From: an uncultured Methanosarcinaceae archaeon
GTDB taxonomy: Archaea > Halobacteriota > Methanosarcinia > Methanosarcinales > Methanosarcinaceae
Direction of reading: 5' to 3'
Length of the DNA stretch: 21,032 bases
NCBI GenBank assembly: GCA_963721455.1
Contig: CAVRJG010000018.1
Location: forward strand, 1-21,032
A program made the position numbers and the translations under genes. Positions 18,758 to 21,032 of the stretch are shown here, piece by piece; the stretch's first letter is position 1, and the number at the start of each line of letters is the position of its first letter. Under the pieces are notes generated by a model. The model saw only the letters and a list, made by a program, of their open reading frames with translations. It was not told the origin of the DNA and did not search any database.

Positions 18758-19945
18758 ATGGACTTCGATGCAATTGACGACTTTGTATATAATATTGTTG
18801 GGATAATCGGATCCGACCAGAGAAACCTGTGCTCTGCAGTTGATTTTGCCCTGGAACATACGGAAAAAAAGTCTTTCCCCCCTAAATTCTTGCTTGAACT
18901 CTCCAATGCATGCAAGCAGCAGAAAATGCTCATGGAAGAATACGTTTTTGCAAAAGCTTGCTTCATACAGGCTTCCGGAAAACTCCGTGAAGACGCCTGC
19001 TTTGCGATGGGTACTGCAGCACATGTTCTGGGCTTTTCGCTGGAAGCTGAAACAAGCTATCTGGAGATTCTAAAAGAAAATCCTGGCAATGCAGATGTCA
19101 GGTGTGCATATGCCGAACTTCTTTTGGAACTCCGGAAGACCCAGGAAGCTGAAAATGAATATAAAACGGTACTTGAAACCTCCCCACAGCATGTAAAAGC
19201 GAATGCAGGGTATGCTTATCTCTTAGCCGAATATGGATATGTAAGGGAGGCAGAAAAATACTACTCGATGGCGCTTGCTGTTGATCCTGATTATGTCCCT
19301 GCAAGAGGCGGGTATGCAAACCTGCTTTTTGAACTCGGGAGGCTCAGGGATGCCGAAAAGGAATACAGGCTTGCAATGAAGCTGGACCCTGAAGACCCGA
19401 GCCTTCACCACAACTGCGGAGTCCTACTCTCTTTCCTGGGGCGTTCCTCAGAAGCCGAAATCGAATACCGAAAAGCCCTTTCCCTTAATCCAAGACACAG
19501 GCGGACTCTCTTCAACTACGGAAACCTCCTTGCAAGAGAAGGCAGGGTTTCAGAAGCCGAAGCGCAGTACATGGAAGCCCTTGCCCTTGATCAAAACGAT
19601 GCAAAGGTCCATTCCAATTATGCCAATCTCCTGGCCCGGTTTGGAAGGCGGTATGAAGCTGAAATGGAATACAAAAAAGCTCTCCATCTGGACCCTGAAA
19701 GTGCCGAGGGACATTACAGCTACGGAAACCTTCTTTCGGAAATTGGGCGATTATCCGAAGCCGAGGATGAATATAAGAAAGCTCTTGTCCTGAACCCTTA
19801 TTATCCTCCTCTTCACTACAGTTACGGTCTTCTTATGAGAAAGATGAGGCGGTTTGACGAAGCCAAAATTCAGTATATGAAGGCCATGCAGCTCGACCCG
19901 GACATAGGAAGCAAAATGACCGAAACCTGGATTATTCTGGATTAA
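18758..19945 (+). CDS. TPR protein, inverted copy of 1085-2272 (intact)
   Basis: 395 aa. The only amino-acid difference I found is LLDLS versus LLELS. Confidence 0.88.
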   Translation: MDFDAIDDFVYNIVGIIGSDQRNLCSAVDFALEHTEKKSFPPKFLLELSNACKQQKMLMEEYVFAKACFIQASGKLREDACFAMGTAAHVLGFSLEAETSYLEILKENPGNADVRCAYAELLLELRKTQEAENEYKTVLETSPQHVKANAGYAYLLAEYGYVREAEKYYSMALAVDPDYVPARGGYANLLFELGRLRDAEKEYRLAMKLDPEDPSLHHNCGVLLSFLGRSSEAEIEYRKALSLNPRHRRTLFNYGNLLAREGRVSEAEAQYMEALALDQNDAKVHSNYANLLARFGRRYEAEMEYKKALHLDPESAEGHYSYGNLLSEIGRLSEAEDEYKKALVLNPYYPPLHYSYGLLMRKMRRFDEAKIQYMKAMQLDPDIGSKMTETWIILD

Positions 19946-20093
19946 AGTAATAATTCGGGTCTTATGTATCAGGTTTCCTGATTAATATAACATCCATTTC
20001 CGGCATTTCTTTTTTACTTTTAACTTCAGACCGGGACATACTGCCAACCGGATTTTAGCGGCAAGTAAAGATTCAACATGAGTAAATTTTCTT

Positions 20094-20900
20094 TTACTCA
20101 TCCTGGTTTCCGAAAACAAACAGTTTTATCTCTCCTTTCTCAAACAGGGCAAAAGCAGCAGCATTCCCGAGTCCGACGTAGTCAGGGCAGGAAAAGAGGG
20201 AGAGCAGTTTCCCGTCGAACCACCACTTATATCCTTTTTCAAGGGCTGTATGGCCTCTTACTATTCTTTTCAGATTATTTGTCTCTAAAAAGCCGTCTAT
20301 GATGTCAGGCCCGAATTCCTTTACAGTCGAACCTCTGGTTGAAGTGGTGAGTCCTGGACGTTTCGAGGGGTCGTTCCAGAGATAGGGAAAAGATTCTTCT
20401 TTCCTTATAGTACCAATATTCCCGGTTCCGTCAATCCCACCATGTACACAGAACGTGTGCTCTGAAAGTACCGCTGCTACCGGCATCTTATCATATGTCC
20501 GGCTGACCCTCAAGAGAAACCCCTGATCTAAATCTATTTCCTCAAAAAAGCCATAGTATAGGTTCATGTCCACACTTTCGTGATTCCCCCGGAGCAGGAA
20601 AATATGCTTTGGGTCTTCAATTTTCATTCTGAAAAGCCTTAAAAGAACTTCGGTACCCTGAAGTCCTCTATCCACATAGTCCCCGAGAAAAAGAATATTT
20701 TTACAGTTTATTTCTTCTCTTTTTCCTATTATGAATTCAAGGGCCTGCATGTCTCCGTGAATATCCCCAACAAGCATTATCGGTTCAAAATTAATTCGAA
20801 GCACTGCAGGCTCTGACTCGAAGATACTATCTATTTTCGGTAGAATGAGGAGCAACTCTTCTTTTGCGGCGGTTTTCCTGGAGATCTTTTCTGATACCAC
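20094..20900 (-). CDS. PPP-family phosphatase, inverted copy of 130-936 (intact)
   Basis: 268 aa with the same motifs and six substitutions (L>I, S>A, V>T, G>R, D>G, F>V). Confidence 0.88.
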   Translation of the reverse strand: MVSEKISRKTAAKEELLLILPKIDSIFESEPAVLRINFEPIMLVGDIHGDMQALEFIIGKREEINCKNILFLGDYVDRGLQGTEVLLRLFRMKIEDPKHIFLLRGNHESVDMNLYYGFFEEIDLDQGFLLRVSRTYDKMPVAAVLSEHTFCVHGGIDGTGNIGTIRKEESFPYLWNDPSKRPGLTTSTRGSTVKEFGPDIIDGFLETNNLKRIVRGHTALEKGYKWWFDGKLLSLFSCPDYVGLGNAAAFALFEKGEIKLFVFGNQDE

Positions 20901-21032
20901 GGAATCACCTATGTTTAAGGCCCACCTGGAGAAACCTGTCTGAAAACTTATTTCATATACAAGAGGGAATTTTTATGCGATAAACGTTTCTGAGTCTCAT
21001 AGAGAAAGAAACTGCGATCAGGTAGTGATAAA

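Larger units (their letters stand above)
1..21028. repeat. Window-spanning imperfect inverted repeat (arms 1-10480 and 10518-~21028, 37-nt loop); probable fold-back artefact
   Basis: ...CCCTTAAAGAATTTACT (ends 10480) is mirrored by AGTAAATTCTTTAAGGG... (starts 10518). All genes recur in mirrored order and orientation. The window start (TACCTGATCGCAGTTT) is the reverse complement of the window end (AAACTGCGATCAGGTA). Confidence 0.98.

Overview
The window is one ~10.5 kb segment of methanogen-type archaeal chromosome (gene set and intergenic repeats suggest Methanosarcina; this is inference) followed by its own reverse complement. The result is a giant imperfect palindrome with arms 1-10480 and 10518-~21028 around a 37-nt non-palindromic loop. 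The left arm has clean ORFs: a PPP-family Ser/Thr phosphatase, a TPR protein, a tnpB remnant with an IS200/IS605 right end, fxsA, lrgB-cidA, an M14 carboxypeptidase fragment, iscS, an atypical iscU, a RimK-family ligase (probably mptN), pth2, and a membrane-anchored protein cut off at the palindrome centre. The right arm repeats every gene, but from about 10.8 to 17.8 kb it is full of frameshifting indels and short deletions. The simplest explanation is a long-read or amplification fold-back chimera rather than a real duplication or a new system. The arms also differ by changes that look biological: a synonymous-biased divergent cidA/lrgB tract, a 173-bp MITE-like insert, a 46-bp hairpin insert and different repeat alleles. 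These suggest two strains or haplotypes contributed. The best biological leads are the IscU with non-canonical ligand positions, the tnpB 3' remnant that keeps the omegaRNA-coding region, and the polymorphic MITE-like element.
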